A DNA stretch of 63,749 nucleotides from Campylobacterales bacterium (GTDB taxonomy: Bacteria > Campylobacterota > Campylobacteria > Campylobacterales > JAABSR01), in NCBI GenBank assembly GCA_011390245.1, contig JAABSR010000001.1, forward strand, positions 1 through 63,749, written 5' to 3'. Every line of letters begins with the position of its first letter. Positions within the stretch are counted from its first letter, which is position 1. Of the stretch, positions 22,807-32,400 are shown piece after piece. A program made the translations under genes and the position numbers. The notes under the pieces were generated by a model, which saw nothing but the letters and a program-made list of their open reading frames with translations, searched no databases and had not been told where the DNA came from.

Positions 22807-22818
22807 AAGCTAAAAAAG

Positions 22819-22906
22819 TGGCCGGGAGTCAGAGATTCGAACTCTGGGATGCTTTCACATCGCCGGTTTTCAAGACCGGTGCTTTCGACCACTCAGCCAA
22901 CTCCCG
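22819..22906 (-). tRNA. tRNA-Ser (anticodon UGA)
   Basis: 88 nt. Reverse complement folds as CGGGAGT acceptor / D arm / CCGGT-CTTGAAA-ACCGG anticodon arm / long variable arm / TTCGAATC T-loop / ACTCCCG-G-CCA. Confidence 0.9.
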
Positions 22907-23022
22907 AAAAGTATAGTGAAATAGAAAAATCAACTTCAAACACTTTACGCTCAAAATTGGAGTGCAATTATGCCCAAGAAAACTTAAAAAATAGATAAAA
23001 ACAAACAAAATATCTAAAAAAT

Positions 23023-23451
23023 TTAAATCCTTTCATCTTTTATTATTTTGCCACTACTATTTACATATATTGCAATCCTATCGTTATAGTAGTAGTTTGA
23101 TTTTTCCAACACTACACTCAAAACCTCATAGCTATCATCGATTTTAATATCGATCCTTTGCCCATAACTCTCCCCGTATTGATTACCCAACACTCCACCA
23201 AGCACTGCTCCACCAATGCTGTACCATATATTGCCTTCGCTTAGTGCGCCTCCAGTTACACCTCCAAGAAGAGAGCCTACAGTAGTAGAGACACCATCAT
23301 CTGCTATTCTTATATTTTCAGCCTTAACTACAGTACCTTGATAGACTCTGTTTATCTCATTTACACTTTCAAGACTGCCACATCCTACAAAAAAGAGTAG
23401 GAAAATAGCAGAAAATGCGTATAAGCTAAAATTTTTCACCGCAATTCCCAC
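23023..23451 (-). CDS. Glycine-zipper outer-membrane lipoprotein (SlyB-like)
   Basis: 142 aa; lipobox FFVGC; glycine-zipper stretch GSLLGGVTGGAL...GGAVLGGVLG. Confidence 0.6.
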   Translation of the reverse strand: MGIAVKNFSLYAFSAIFLLFFVGCGSLESVNEINRVYQGTVVKAENIRIADDGVSTTVGSLLGGVTGGALSEGNIWYSIGGAVLGGVLGNQYGESYGQRIDIKIDDSYEVLSVVLEKSNYYYNDRIAIYVNSSGKIIKDERI

Positions 23452-23488
23452 CTTTTTTTAAGTACTACTACAAAAATAATCTTTTGTG

Positions 23489-23800
23489 TTATTTCAGACT
23501 AAGTATATGCTCTACTACAGCATCAAAATCTTTTTGATCTGCTAGATTCATTTTTGCTTGGGCTTGCATTACTGGTCCCATGCCAAAATTATTCAGGGTT
23601 CCATCTTTATACTCTTGAAGCTTGCTTATAAGACTCTCTTTATCCAAATCAATCAAAGCAGGCACTTTGCCAGCATAAACTTTCTCTGCATTTACACCAT
23701 GGCAAACTTGACATTTTTTGTAAAGTTCCCCACCTTCTGATGCTCCAAGCCCATAAGTCATTCCGCTTGCTACAATTATAGCTAAAACTACTTTTCTCAT
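23489..23800 (-). CDS. Periplasmic monoheme cytochrome c (c553-type)
   Basis: 103 aa; signal peptide, single CQVCHG heme motif, distal Met-rich region. Confidence 0.8.
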   Translation of the reverse strand: MRKVVLAIIVASGMTYGLGASEGGELYKKCQVCHGVNAEKVYAGKVPALIDLDKESLISKLQEYKDGTLNNFGMGPVMQAQAKMNLADQKDFDAVVEHILSLK

Positions 23801-23880
23801 CTCTAACTCCTTTTTTAAATTTCAGGTAACATTATGAATATAAATCGTGGAGCAATTGTGAAATAGAAGAATCTATAATA

Positions 23881-23910
23881 TTTTTAGAAATTTTTAGAAA
23901 TTTCTAAAAA
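23881..23910. repeat. TTTTTAGAAA direct repeat merging into a perfect 20-bp palindrome TTTTTAGAAATTTCTAAAAA
   Basis: Read directly: 23881-23890 and 23891-23900 are identical, and 23891-23910 is self-complementary. It lies between the divergent cytochrome c and tRNA promoters, 4 nt upstream of the -35 box. Confidence 0.7.
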
Positions 23911-23914
23911 AGTA

Positions 23915-23943
23915 TTGACATATAAACATTTTTCAAATATAAT
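23915..23943 (+). promoter_or_regulatory. Consensus sigma-70-type promoter for the tRNA cluster
   Basis: TTGACA (23915-23920), 17-nt spacer, TATAAT (23938-23943); about 55 nt upstream of tRNA-Lys. Confidence 0.6.
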
Positions 23944-23997
23944 TCCAGCTCACTTTTTAAAAGTGTCGTGATAGTGTGTCAAAAAGAACTATTTTAT

Positions 23998-24073
23998 GAC
24001 CCGTTAGCTCAGTAGGTAGAGCAACTCCCTTTTAAGGAGTGGGCCGATGGTTCGAATCCATCACGGGTCACCA
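23998..24073 (+). tRNA. tRNA-Lys (anticodon UUU)
   Basis: 76 nt; acceptor GACCCGT/ACGGGTC, anticodon loop CTTTTAA, TTCGAATC T-loop, encoded CCA. Confidence 0.9.
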
Positions 24074-24081
24074 CTATTCAA

Positions 24082-24157
24082 GACCCCTTCATCTAGTGGC
24101 CAAGGATACCACCCTTTCACGGTGGCTACAGGGGTTCAAATCCCCTAGGGGTCGCCA
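24082..24157 (+). tRNA. tRNA-Glu (anticodon UUC)
   Basis: 76 nt; acceptor GACCCCT/AGGGGTC, anticodon loop CTTTCAC, TTCAAATC T-loop, CCA. Confidence 0.9.
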
Positions 24158-24175
24158 CTATTTAATAACATATTA

Positions 24176-24251
24176 GGTCGCTTAGCTCAGTTGGTAGAGC
24201 GCCACCCTTACAAGGTGGATGTCAGTGGTTCGAGTCCACTAGCGACCACCA
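24176..24251 (+). tRNA. tRNA-Val (anticodon UAC)
   Basis: 76 nt; acceptor GGTCGCT/AGCGACC, anticodon loop CTTACAA, TTCGAGTC T-loop, CCA. Confidence 0.9.
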
Positions 24252-24262
24252 CAATACAATAC

Positions 24263-24339
24263 GGAGCGGTAGTTCAGTTGGTTAGAATACCTGCCTGTCA
24301 CGCAGGGGGTCGCGAGTTCGAGCCTCGTCCGCTCCGCCA
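24263..24339 (+). tRNA. tRNA-Asp (anticodon GUC)
   Basis: 77 nt; acceptor GGAGCGG/CCGCTCC, anticodon loop CTGTCAC, TTCGAGCC T-loop, CCA. Confidence 0.9.
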
Positions 24340-24374
24340 CTTTATCCCCTATAAACAAACTCTATACTATTTTA

Positions 24375-26735
24375 TCACTCTTTATTTGATACAGGTATCT
24401 TTATGATAAACTCTGCTCCATCTTCAGTGTTTCTTGCTGATATTTCTCCATTCATGTTTTTTTCTATTACGATTTTACATATCTGAAGACCAACACCTGT
24501 CCCTTTTTCGCCTTTTGTTGTGATATATGGCTCAAACAATTTATCAGGCAATAGAGCTGAATCGATACCTCCACCGTTATCTTTGATATAGATTATTTGC
24601 ATATTATCTTTTGATTCAAACCTTATCTCTATTTTTGGAGATTTTATTTTACGCTCTTCTAGGACATCTTTTGCATTATTTATGATATTAAATATTGCAT
24701 GCCTGAGCTCATTTGGATAGCCGACTACATTTTTGTTATTTGCAGTATCTACAGTTACCTCTATACTTCTTTTTTTAAGGGGAGCTGCAAGTATGCGAAG
24801 TGTAATTTTTATGGCTTCATAAGGGTCAAAAGAGCTTACCTCTTTGGTTGGACTAAAAAAGTTCTTAAAATCATCTATCGTTTGAGCCATAAACTCCACT
24901 TGTTGTATTATGTGCCTTTCATCTTGCTTGAATTTCTCTATATCCACCTCATCATATTCCAGCATATCAAGTGTATTTTGAGCAAAAAGAGATATTATAT
25001 TGATAGGCTGTTTCCACTGATGTGCTATTGCTCCTATCATCTCTCCTAGTGCTGCCATTTTTGATTGCTGTATCAATATAGCTTCTTGCACCTGCCTCTC
25101 TCTTTCAAGCTTTAGCTCTCTTTTTATTCCATCTTCCACCCTTAAAGCTAGAGTTTTATTCATATTTTTTAGTTCATCTGTTTTTTTATCTACTTCATGA
25201 GAGAGTACTATTTTCCATCGCCAAAGCACAATTAGAGCTACAAGTAAAAACACCAAAATAGCCACAAGTGCATAAACAAACCTCATATCTATCTGTTTTT
25301 CATATAGGTAAGGAAACCATTTTTTGTGTAGTCTCTCAAAAGTCCCATCAGCTTTTAAGTTTGCAAGACCTTCGTTTAAAATAGCTAGAAGTTCAGCATT
25401 TCCTTCTTGAACTGCAAAACTAAAGTCTTGACGGAATTGCGATAGTTGAACATCTAATATTTTTAAATTATCTATTTTTAGCTTCTCAAATAGCTCTTTT
25501 GCTACATATTCTTGTACGATGATTGCATCACCCTCTCCATCTGAGAGCATTTTAAATGCATCTTCATAGATATCTGTATAGATTATATTTTCACTTATTT
25601 GCTCTTTTTTTATGAATTTTTCAGCACTACTATTTTTTACTGTGATGATTTTTCTATTTTTTAAATCCTCTATATTTTTTATATCGCTATTATCTTTTCT
25701 AACAACAACCGCACCAAACATCTGCAGATATGGGGTTGTAAAGTCATAAATCAACTCTCTCTTTGAAGTTTTGCCAACAGCTGGTAAAACATCTATTTCT
25801 CCTCTTGCTAGTTCATCTTGTATGGCACTCCATGCATCAACTTTAAAAGTTACCTCAATTCCCATGACATTTAATGCCTCTTTTAGAAGCTCTACACTAA
25901 AACCATCAGCTTCTCCATCACTATTTGTCGTACTAAATGGCGGATAAGTTCCCTCACCTGCTGCTCTTATGTGTTTTAGATTTCTATAGCTTGGCTCATA
26001 GCTATGCCATTTTTTGTATATATCTAGATATTTTGGAGAGGCTAGTAGTTTCTTTAGTGCCTCATTTAGCTTTTCTGCTAAAATAGGATCATCTTTTTGT
26101 ATGCGGATTCCCCTTTTTATATCATCAAGCGGCACTCCAAAAGGGACAATATGATTTTTTACGCCAGCTTTTTGAATCATAGAAAGCACCGGCACATCTG
26201 GAAATACAAGTACATCTATTTGAGCTGAAAGCAGAGCATTAAATGCCTCTTCTATAGTATCAAAAAGTGATAATAGCAGAGGATTGTGATCTTTTAAAAG
26301 TGTATGGCCACTATTAAATTTGACCACTCCAACTTTCACTCCAGCTATATCCTCTTTGGTGTGTATTTCTGTTGAGTTTGCTCTTTTAAACATTCTTATC
26401 TGTATAGTCTCTATAGGGATAGAAAAAATCGCATTTTCAGCCCTCTTTTGAGTAATACCAGAATTTGGAACTACATCTCCAATCTTTTCATCAAAAAAAG
26501 CTCTATTAGAATCCACCCAATCATCAAAAATAAGATACTCTATTTTTAAATCTGCTATATTTGCCACCTCTTCTATGACATCTATAGCAAAACCAATAGG
26601 CTTACCATCACTATCTAGCATATATTGCGGTGGAAAATATTTTAGTGCATGAACAGTAATAGCTCTTTTTTCCTCCGCCAAAATCTCAAACCCAAAAAAC
26701 AAAAAAAACACAATCAAAAATATATTTTTAAGCAT
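24375..26735 (-). CDS. Sensor histidine kinase with two tandem periplasmic solute-binding (family 3 / Venus-flytrap) domains
   Basis: 786 aa; signal/TM, two SBP_bac_3-like modules, TM (VALIVLWRW), H-box HQWKQPIN, N-box NIINNAKD, G-boxes DNGGGI and GTGVGLQ. Confidence 0.8.
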   Translation of the reverse strand: MLKNIFLIVFFLFFGFEILAEEKRAITVHALKYFPPQYMLDSDGKPIGFAIDVIEEVANIADLKIEYLIFDDWVDSNRAFFDEKIGDVVPNSGITQKRAENAIFSIPIETIQIRMFKRANSTEIHTKEDIAGVKVGVVKFNSGHTLLKDHNPLLLSLFDTIEEAFNALLSAQIDVLVFPDVPVLSMIQKAGVKNHIVPFGVPLDDIKRGIRIQKDDPILAEKLNEALKKLLASPKYLDIYKKWHSYEPSYRNLKHIRAAGEGTYPPFSTTNSDGEADGFSVELLKEALNVMGIEVTFKVDAWSAIQDELARGEIDVLPAVGKTSKRELIYDFTTPYLQMFGAVVVRKDNSDIKNIEDLKNRKIITVKNSSAEKFIKKEQISENIIYTDIYEDAFKMLSDGEGDAIIVQEYVAKELFEKLKIDNLKILDVQLSQFRQDFSFAVQEGNAELLAILNEGLANLKADGTFERLHKKWFPYLYEKQIDMRFVYALVAILVFLLVALIVLWRWKIVLSHEVDKKTDELKNMNKTLALRVEDGIKRELKLERERQVQEAILIQQSKMAALGEMIGAIAHQWKQPINIISLFAQNTLDMLEYDEVDIEKFKQDERHIIQQVEFMAQTIDDFKNFFSPTKEVSSFDPYEAIKITLRILAAPLKKRSIEVTVDTANNKNVVGYPNELRHAIFNIINNAKDVLEERKIKSPKIEIRFESKDNMQIIYIKDNGGGIDSALLPDKLFEPYITTKGEKGTGVGLQICKIVIEKNMNGEISARNTEDGAEFIIKIPVSNKE

Positions 26736-26833
26736 TTATATTTTTCCTTTTACTCTAAAGGCAACTTAATTATCACTATACACAAAACTAAATATATTTT
26801 ATAGCGTTTGGATTCTCTCTTTTATTCTTTTCC

Positions 26834-27607
26834 TTACTGGATACCAATATCTATAAGAGCTTCAGTCATCATGCCTAGACCACCAGTTGCTATGACTATA
26901 CCTATTGCGACTAGTATTAGACCAGAAACAATCTCTACGATCTTAAAATGTTTTTTTATTCTATTCATAAGTCCTATGGCTCTGCTTGTGAGGATTGCAC
27001 TAAGCAAAAATGGCACTCCTAGTCCTGCAGCAAAAAGTGTCATCAAAATAGTTCCTTGGGCAGTATTATCACCAAAAGATGCCATAGCTAAAATCGCTCC
27101 TAAAATAGGGCCAACACATGGAGTCCAACCAAGTGCAAAAGATAAGCCTAATAAAAATGGAGCAAATTTATGCAGGAATGATTTTGCTTTACCTTGTGCT
27201 TTTTGCTCTAAGGTAGTAAAATCAGCCCTATGTTCATAATTTAAAAACTTAATATTTATAACATTCATCACATGTAGCCCAAAAATCACAATAATAACAC
27301 CAGCTACCATAGCAGCATACTGATTTCTCAATATCTCACCCAAAAATGTTGCTGCTGCAGCTCCAAGAAGAATAAAAACTAGGCTAAACCCAGCTATAAA
27401 AAGCAGTGAAGAGTTTATGATTTTTCTTTTTACTTTTGCACTCATGTGCTCTTCATCCCTTAACTCACCAATTGATACGCCTGAAATATATGATAGATAT
27501 GCAGGAACTAGAGGCAATACACATGGACTAAGAAATGTAATAATACCCGCTACAAAACTAACAGGGTATGGTGCACTTTGAAATAAATCTAGCAATAAAT
27601 CTTCCAT
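26834..27607 (-). CDS. ccdA: Cytochrome c biogenesis thiol-reductant transporter CcdA/DsbD-core family
   Basis: 257 aa; polytopic; the conserved cysteines sit in SPCVLPLVPAY and TPCVGPILG. Confidence 0.8.
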   Translation of the reverse strand: MEDLLLDLFQSAPYPVSFVAGIITFLSPCVLPLVPAYLSYISGVSIGELRDEEHMSAKVKRKIINSSLLFIAGFSLVFILLGAAAATFLGEILRNQYAAMVAGVIIVIFGLHVMNVINIKFLNYEHRADFTTLEQKAQGKAKSFLHKFAPFLLGLSFALGWTPCVGPILGAILAMASFGDNTAQGTILMTLFAAGLGVPFLLSAILTSRAIGLMNRIKKHFKIVEIVSGLILVAIGIVIATGGLGMMTEALIDIGIQ

Positions 27608-27732
27608 GAAACCTCCAAGTATAAAAGCATAAATATATCAGTCTATTGATAAAAGTATTGTAAAGGTTACAAACTAGACAACACATTTTCAAATATCTTC
27701 TAATATTTTTTGAGGTAAAATGGTAGAAAAAT

Positions 27733-28734
27733 ATGGCAAGGATTTATATGGGTTTGAGAGATTTTGGATTTTCATTGTGGTGTGATTTTATCGAGAGGGA
27801 TTTTTTGGAGAGGGACTTTAAAAAACTAGTCGAAGATGCCTCTATTCACGGTGCTACAAGTAATCCAGCTATTTTTCAAAATGCAATAACCAATTCTAAA
27901 GCATATTCAGTTCAAAAGAGTGAACTAAAAAACCTAAATCCAAAAGAAATATATGAAGCTTTAGCCATAGAAGATATTAAAAGAGCTGCAAAGATTTTGT
28001 ATCCGCTTTTTGAAAAAGGAGAGGATGGCTTTATCTCCATAGAGGTTGACCCTTTTTTGAGCAATGACATAGATGGAACACTCGCTGAGGCTTTAAGGCT
28101 TTATGATCTTATCGGATATGAAAATGTGATGATAAAGATTCCAGCAACTGATGCTGGCTTTCCTGTCATGGAAGAGCTTATAAGTAGAGATATAAATGTC
28201 AATGCTACTTTGATTTTTTCACCAAGTCAGGCAAAAAAATCTATAGAATCTATGCAAAAAGGATTTGAACGATGCTACAAAAACCCAAAAGCAGTTATAA
28301 GTGTTTTTGTGAGCAGGTTTGATAGAAAGTGTGATAGCACCTTGAAGGAACATGGGATTGAGGGTGGAAAACTTGGCATAATGAATGCACAAAAGATATA
28401 TAAAATGTGCAATGATTTTGGGAATAAAAACATAAGAACACTTTTTGCAAGCACTGGAGTAAAGGGTGATGAGTATGAAAAAAGCTACTATATTACTGAG
28501 CTGCTTCACAAAAACTCTGTAAATACTGCTCCTCTTGATACTATTGATGCCTTTTTCAAGCAAGATGATAGAACTATAAAAGAACTACCAGAATCTAAAA
28601 AAATAGATGAATTTTTTGAAAAAGTCTCAACATGCATAGATATGGATAAAATCTATGAAGAACTTATAAAAGATGGATTGAGTGCATTTGAAAAGAGCTT
28701 TGAGGAAATTTTACATCTGTTGGAAAAAAAATAG
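27733..28734 (+). CDS. tal: Transaldolase
   Basis: 333 aa; GATSNPAIF motif and Schiff-base lysine context MIKIPAT. Confidence 0.85.
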   Translation: MARIYMGLRDFGFSLWCDFIERDFLERDFKKLVEDASIHGATSNPAIFQNAITNSKAYSVQKSELKNLNPKEIYEALAIEDIKRAAKILYPLFEKGEDGFISIEVDPFLSNDIDGTLAEALRLYDLIGYENVMIKIPATDAGFPVMEELISRDINVNATLIFSPSQAKKSIESMQKGFERCYKNPKAVISVFVSRFDRKCDSTLKEHGIEGGKLGIMNAQKIYKMCNDFGNKNIRTLFASTGVKGDEYEKSYYITELLHKNSVNTAPLDTIDAFFKQDDRTIKELPESKKIDEFFEKVSTCIDMDKIYEELIKDGLSAFEKSFEEILHLLEKK

Positions 28735-28782
28735 ATCTTATACACAATCCTAGCAAGTATTGTCTAGAAACATAGATAGAAC

Positions 28783-29361
28783 ATGATTAGAAGGTGGTCA
28801 AAAAAAGTATCTAGGAACCAACATAAATTTAAAAATCACAGCTCTTTGAGGATTTTTGGAGATTTCTTGCATAGAAGAGAGTTTTGGAATCTAAATAGAA
28901 AAAGTGTCTCAAAAGGCGTGAGCATAGGAATCTTTTGGGCATTTATACCTCTTCCTTTTCAAATGGTTATAGCGACAATTTTTGCCTTTATCTTTAGGGG
29001 TAATATAGCAATCTCTCTAACTCTAGTCTGGATTACAAATCCTCTCACAATGCCTTTTATATACTACTTTTGTTACAAAATTGGGGTTGTAATCTTAGGA
29101 AAAGATGAGATGCCTTTTGTATTTAATCCCAGCTATGAGTGGGTGATTTTACAATTTAACAACATATTGGTTCCTCTTTTTACAGGATCATTCATAGTTG
29201 CAACTATCCTATCTTTTTCTTCATACCACCTAATAAACTATATGTGGTATTTAGGTACAAAAAGAGATGTGATTAATAAAAATAGAAAATTTAAAATTTT
29301 TACCGACACCGACACCAATCAAGAGGAATCAAAAATAGAAGATCCAAAGGATTTAAGTTAA
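28783..29361 (+). CDS. DUF2062-like membrane protein
   Basis: 192 aa; basic N-terminus then three TM helices, with a NPxTxP-type segment (WITNPLTMPFIYY). Confidence 0.6.
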   Translation: MIRRWSKKVSRNQHKFKNHSSLRIFGDFLHRREFWNLNRKSVSKGVSIGIFWAFIPLPFQMVIATIFAFIFRGNIAISLTLVWITNPLTMPFIYYFCYKIGVVILGKDEMPFVFNPSYEWVILQFNNILVPLFTGSFIVATILSFSSYHLINYMWYLGTKRDVINKNRKFKIFTDTDTNQEESKIEDPKDLS

Positions 29362-29458
29362 ATTTATCTGATGTATGAAAACTAAACAATATAAGGAGCT
29401 CTTATTTACATTTTTTTTGATAAAATCCTGCTTCTACTCCTGAAAAAAGGCTTTTAAA

Positions 29459-32400
29459 TTGAACAATATTGTTAAAATACTTTTCTCCATGAGAACTACA
29501 CTTTTTTTACTTCTTGTTTTTGCTATCTCTATTGCTATTGCTACATTTGTTGAGAATGATTATGGAACAGATAGCGCAAAAGCTTTGATATATAATGCAA
29601 AATGGTTTGAGTTTTTACTCTTTATTTTGGTGATAAACCTCATAGGAAATATCAAAACTCATAAGATGTATAGAAAAGAGAAGATGCCAATTTTTCTTTT
29701 TCACCTATCATTTATTATTATTTTTGTTGGTGCTGGGATAACAAGATTTGCAGGACTTGAGGGCACAATGAGCATAAGAGAGGGTGAAACTTCAAACACT
29801 ATGGTCTCTATGCAAAGTTACTTTCAGCTAAAAATAGAGAATGAACAAAAAAGATATACACTAAACCATCCACTTCTGCCTTCCCCCCTGGTTGACAATA
29901 GCTTTAGTAGAGATTTTGAGATAGAGGGAAAAGAGTATGAAGTAGAGCTAGTAGATTATATTGTATCAGCCACAAGTGATATAAAAGAGATAGATAATGG
30001 TGAGCAAATAGTATCACTAGCACTAGCTTTGGGAAATAGCGGTAGAAAAGATATTGCACTAGAGAGAGGGGAATCTCTGCTATTTGGTGAAAAATCTATA
30101 TCATTTGAAGATATGCAAAATCTACAGTCAGATTTTTTCATAAGAGTTGTAGATGATTCCTTGCACTTTAGTTCAGGATACAAAATAGGATACTACAACC
30201 TAAAGAGTGGTGAGCAAGGAGAACTACAAGATAATACACTACATAAACTAGAAAAAGAGATACTCTATCAATCAAATAATCTAAATCTTGTTTTTAAAGA
30301 CTACAAAAAAAGTGGAGAAAAGATATATAAAGCAGGTAATCCAAAAGATATGGATATACCAGACCTCTTTAGATTCAAGCTAAGCAGTGATGATAAAGAG
30401 AAGGAGTTTGAATTTTTTGGAAAAAATGGTGCATATCCAAGCTTTATATCTTTTGATTTTGATGGGCTGGATTTTAGGGCTGGATTTGGCTCAAAAGTCA
30501 TAGAGTTGCCATTTTCTATAAGGCTAAATGATTTTCAACTAGAGAGGTATCCAGGCTCAATGAGTCCATCATCTTATGCAAGCGAAGTAAGTGTTATTGA
30601 TGATGTCAATGGGGAAAAATTTGATTACAGAATCTACATGAATCATATCCTAGAATATATGGGATATAGATTCTATCAAGCATCATACGATGTTGATGAG
30701 CAGGGCACAATCTTATCAGTAAATAAAGACTTCTGGGGAACTATGGTGACATATTTTGGATATTTTGTGATGGGTCTAGGAATGTTTGCAGCTCTTTTCA
30801 GTGCAAAAGGTAGAGCAAGAAAACTATACTCCTCTTTTAGTAGGGCTGCCCCTCTATTTTTGGCTCTATTTTTAGTTTTTGCAAGCACCTCCTTGGAAGC
30901 CAATGAAAATAACCTTGAAGAGAATATAGTCAAAGATATCACATCTATAGATAAAGAGCATGCTAAAAAATTTGGCAATCTTATCACTCAAGATAGCGGT
31001 GGAAGATTAAAGCCAATTGATACATTAGCTCATGAAGTTTTAAACAAAGTCTCAGGCCAAACTGAGATATTTGGACTAGAGGCATCTGAGATTCTTCTAG
31101 GTATGGTTATCAGACCAAATGCTTGGCAAAATGTAAAGATGATCAAAATATCACATCCAGAACTAAAAGAGCTACTTGGCTTAGACAAAAAAGATACCAG
31201 AGCAGCATTTGTAGATTTTTTTGATTTTAGCGATGGTGAGATGAGCTATAAACTAGAGGAGTTAATCTCAAGTGCCTCTAGAAAGAGGCCTGCTATGCAA
31301 GATAAGCTTGATAAAGATATCTTGAAAGTTGATGAGAGATTAAATATCTCATATATGATTTTTACTGGTTCTTTGATTAGGATATTGCCAAAACCAAATG
31401 ATCCAAATCAAAAATGGTACGCCCCTATTGAGGCTTTTGAGAGCTTTGAAGAGGAGGATGCCAAAAATACTCAAACCATGATCTACTCATATTTCCAATC
31501 AATAGATAGTGCTATTGAGAGCGGAAATTGGGAGGATAGTGATAAGATTTTAGCAGCTATTGAGAAGTATCAGAGGTTTTATGGTGCATCCGTATATCCT
31601 TCAGAGAAAAAGATAAAGGCTGAGATTCTATATAACAAAGTAAACATCTTTGAACGCTTAATGCCTCTTTATCTGTTTGTAGGTTTGATACTTTTAACAC
31701 TTTCAATTATTCACATAATCAAGCCAGTATTCAATATAAAAATTGCCTCAAAAATTAGTGTAGCTCTTTTTGGTTTGGGTTTTATTCTACACACAATTGG
31801 TTTGGGCTTTAGATGGTATATCTCTGGGCATGCACCTTGGAGTGATGGCTATGAATCTATGATATATATAGCATGGGCTACTATTTTAGCTGGATTTATA
31901 TTTGTTAGAAACTCACCAATTGCACTTTCTGCAACTGGTGTACTCTCAGGGCTAACTCTATTTGTTGCTCACCTATCATGGATGGATCCACAAATCACAA
32001 ATCTAGTGCCAGTTTTAGACTCATATTGGCTTATAATCCATGTATCTATGATAACAGCAAGCTATGGATTCTTGGGACTTGGTGCGTTGCTTGGCTTTAT
32101 AGCACTACTTCTTTATATTATAAGAAATAGGACAAATTTTGAAAACATAACAAAAAGCATAAAAGAGATTAGCTACATAAATGAGATATCACTTATTATT
32201 GGTCTTGTGCTTTTAACAATTGGAAACTTCCTAGGCGGAGTTTGGGCGAATGAATCATGGGGAAGATATTGGGGTTGGGATCCAAAAGAGACTTGGGCGT
32301 TAGTGACGATAATAGTCTATGCTATAGTTGTACATCTAAGATTTGTGCCAAATCTAAATGATAAGTTTATATTCAATGTAGCCTCTTTGGTATCATTTAG

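Noticed and set aside
23881-23910. Short tandem repeats at 23881-23910, and also at 37852-38000, as possible CRISPR or minisatellite arrays.
   Set aside because: There are only two repeat units in each case with no interspersed unique spacers, and no cas genes in the window. They are better explained as a promoter-associated palindrome and a simple tandem duplication.
22807-24374. tRNA-Ser and the four-tRNA cluster as integration hot spots for a genomic island.
   Set aside because: No integrase, direct repeat of a tRNA 3' end, phage gene or plasmid gene lies on either flank. The neighbours are ogt, a lipoprotein, cytochrome c553 and a sensor kinase.
24191-24406. The 71-aa plus-strand ORF from the track.
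   Set aside because: It lies entirely over tRNA-Val and tRNA-Asp. The open frame is a by-product of the GC-rich tRNA sequence.
26808-27239. The 143-aa plus-strand ORF antisense to ccdA. The same applies to other antisense or alternate-frame ORFs, for example 2019-2249, 2657-2959, 3002-3538, 4859-5284, 13416-13736, 15081-15698, 16182-16583, 34520-34951, 35191-35586, 35773-36093, 40664-40870, 45987-46589, 47128-47530, 49904-50191, 57056-57406 and 60753-60980.
   Set aside because: Each is nested inside a longer, motif-supported gene on the other strand or in another frame. Their compositions are low-complexity and rich in S, F, L and I, as expected from reading AT-rich coding DNA out of frame. 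They have no SD or motifs.
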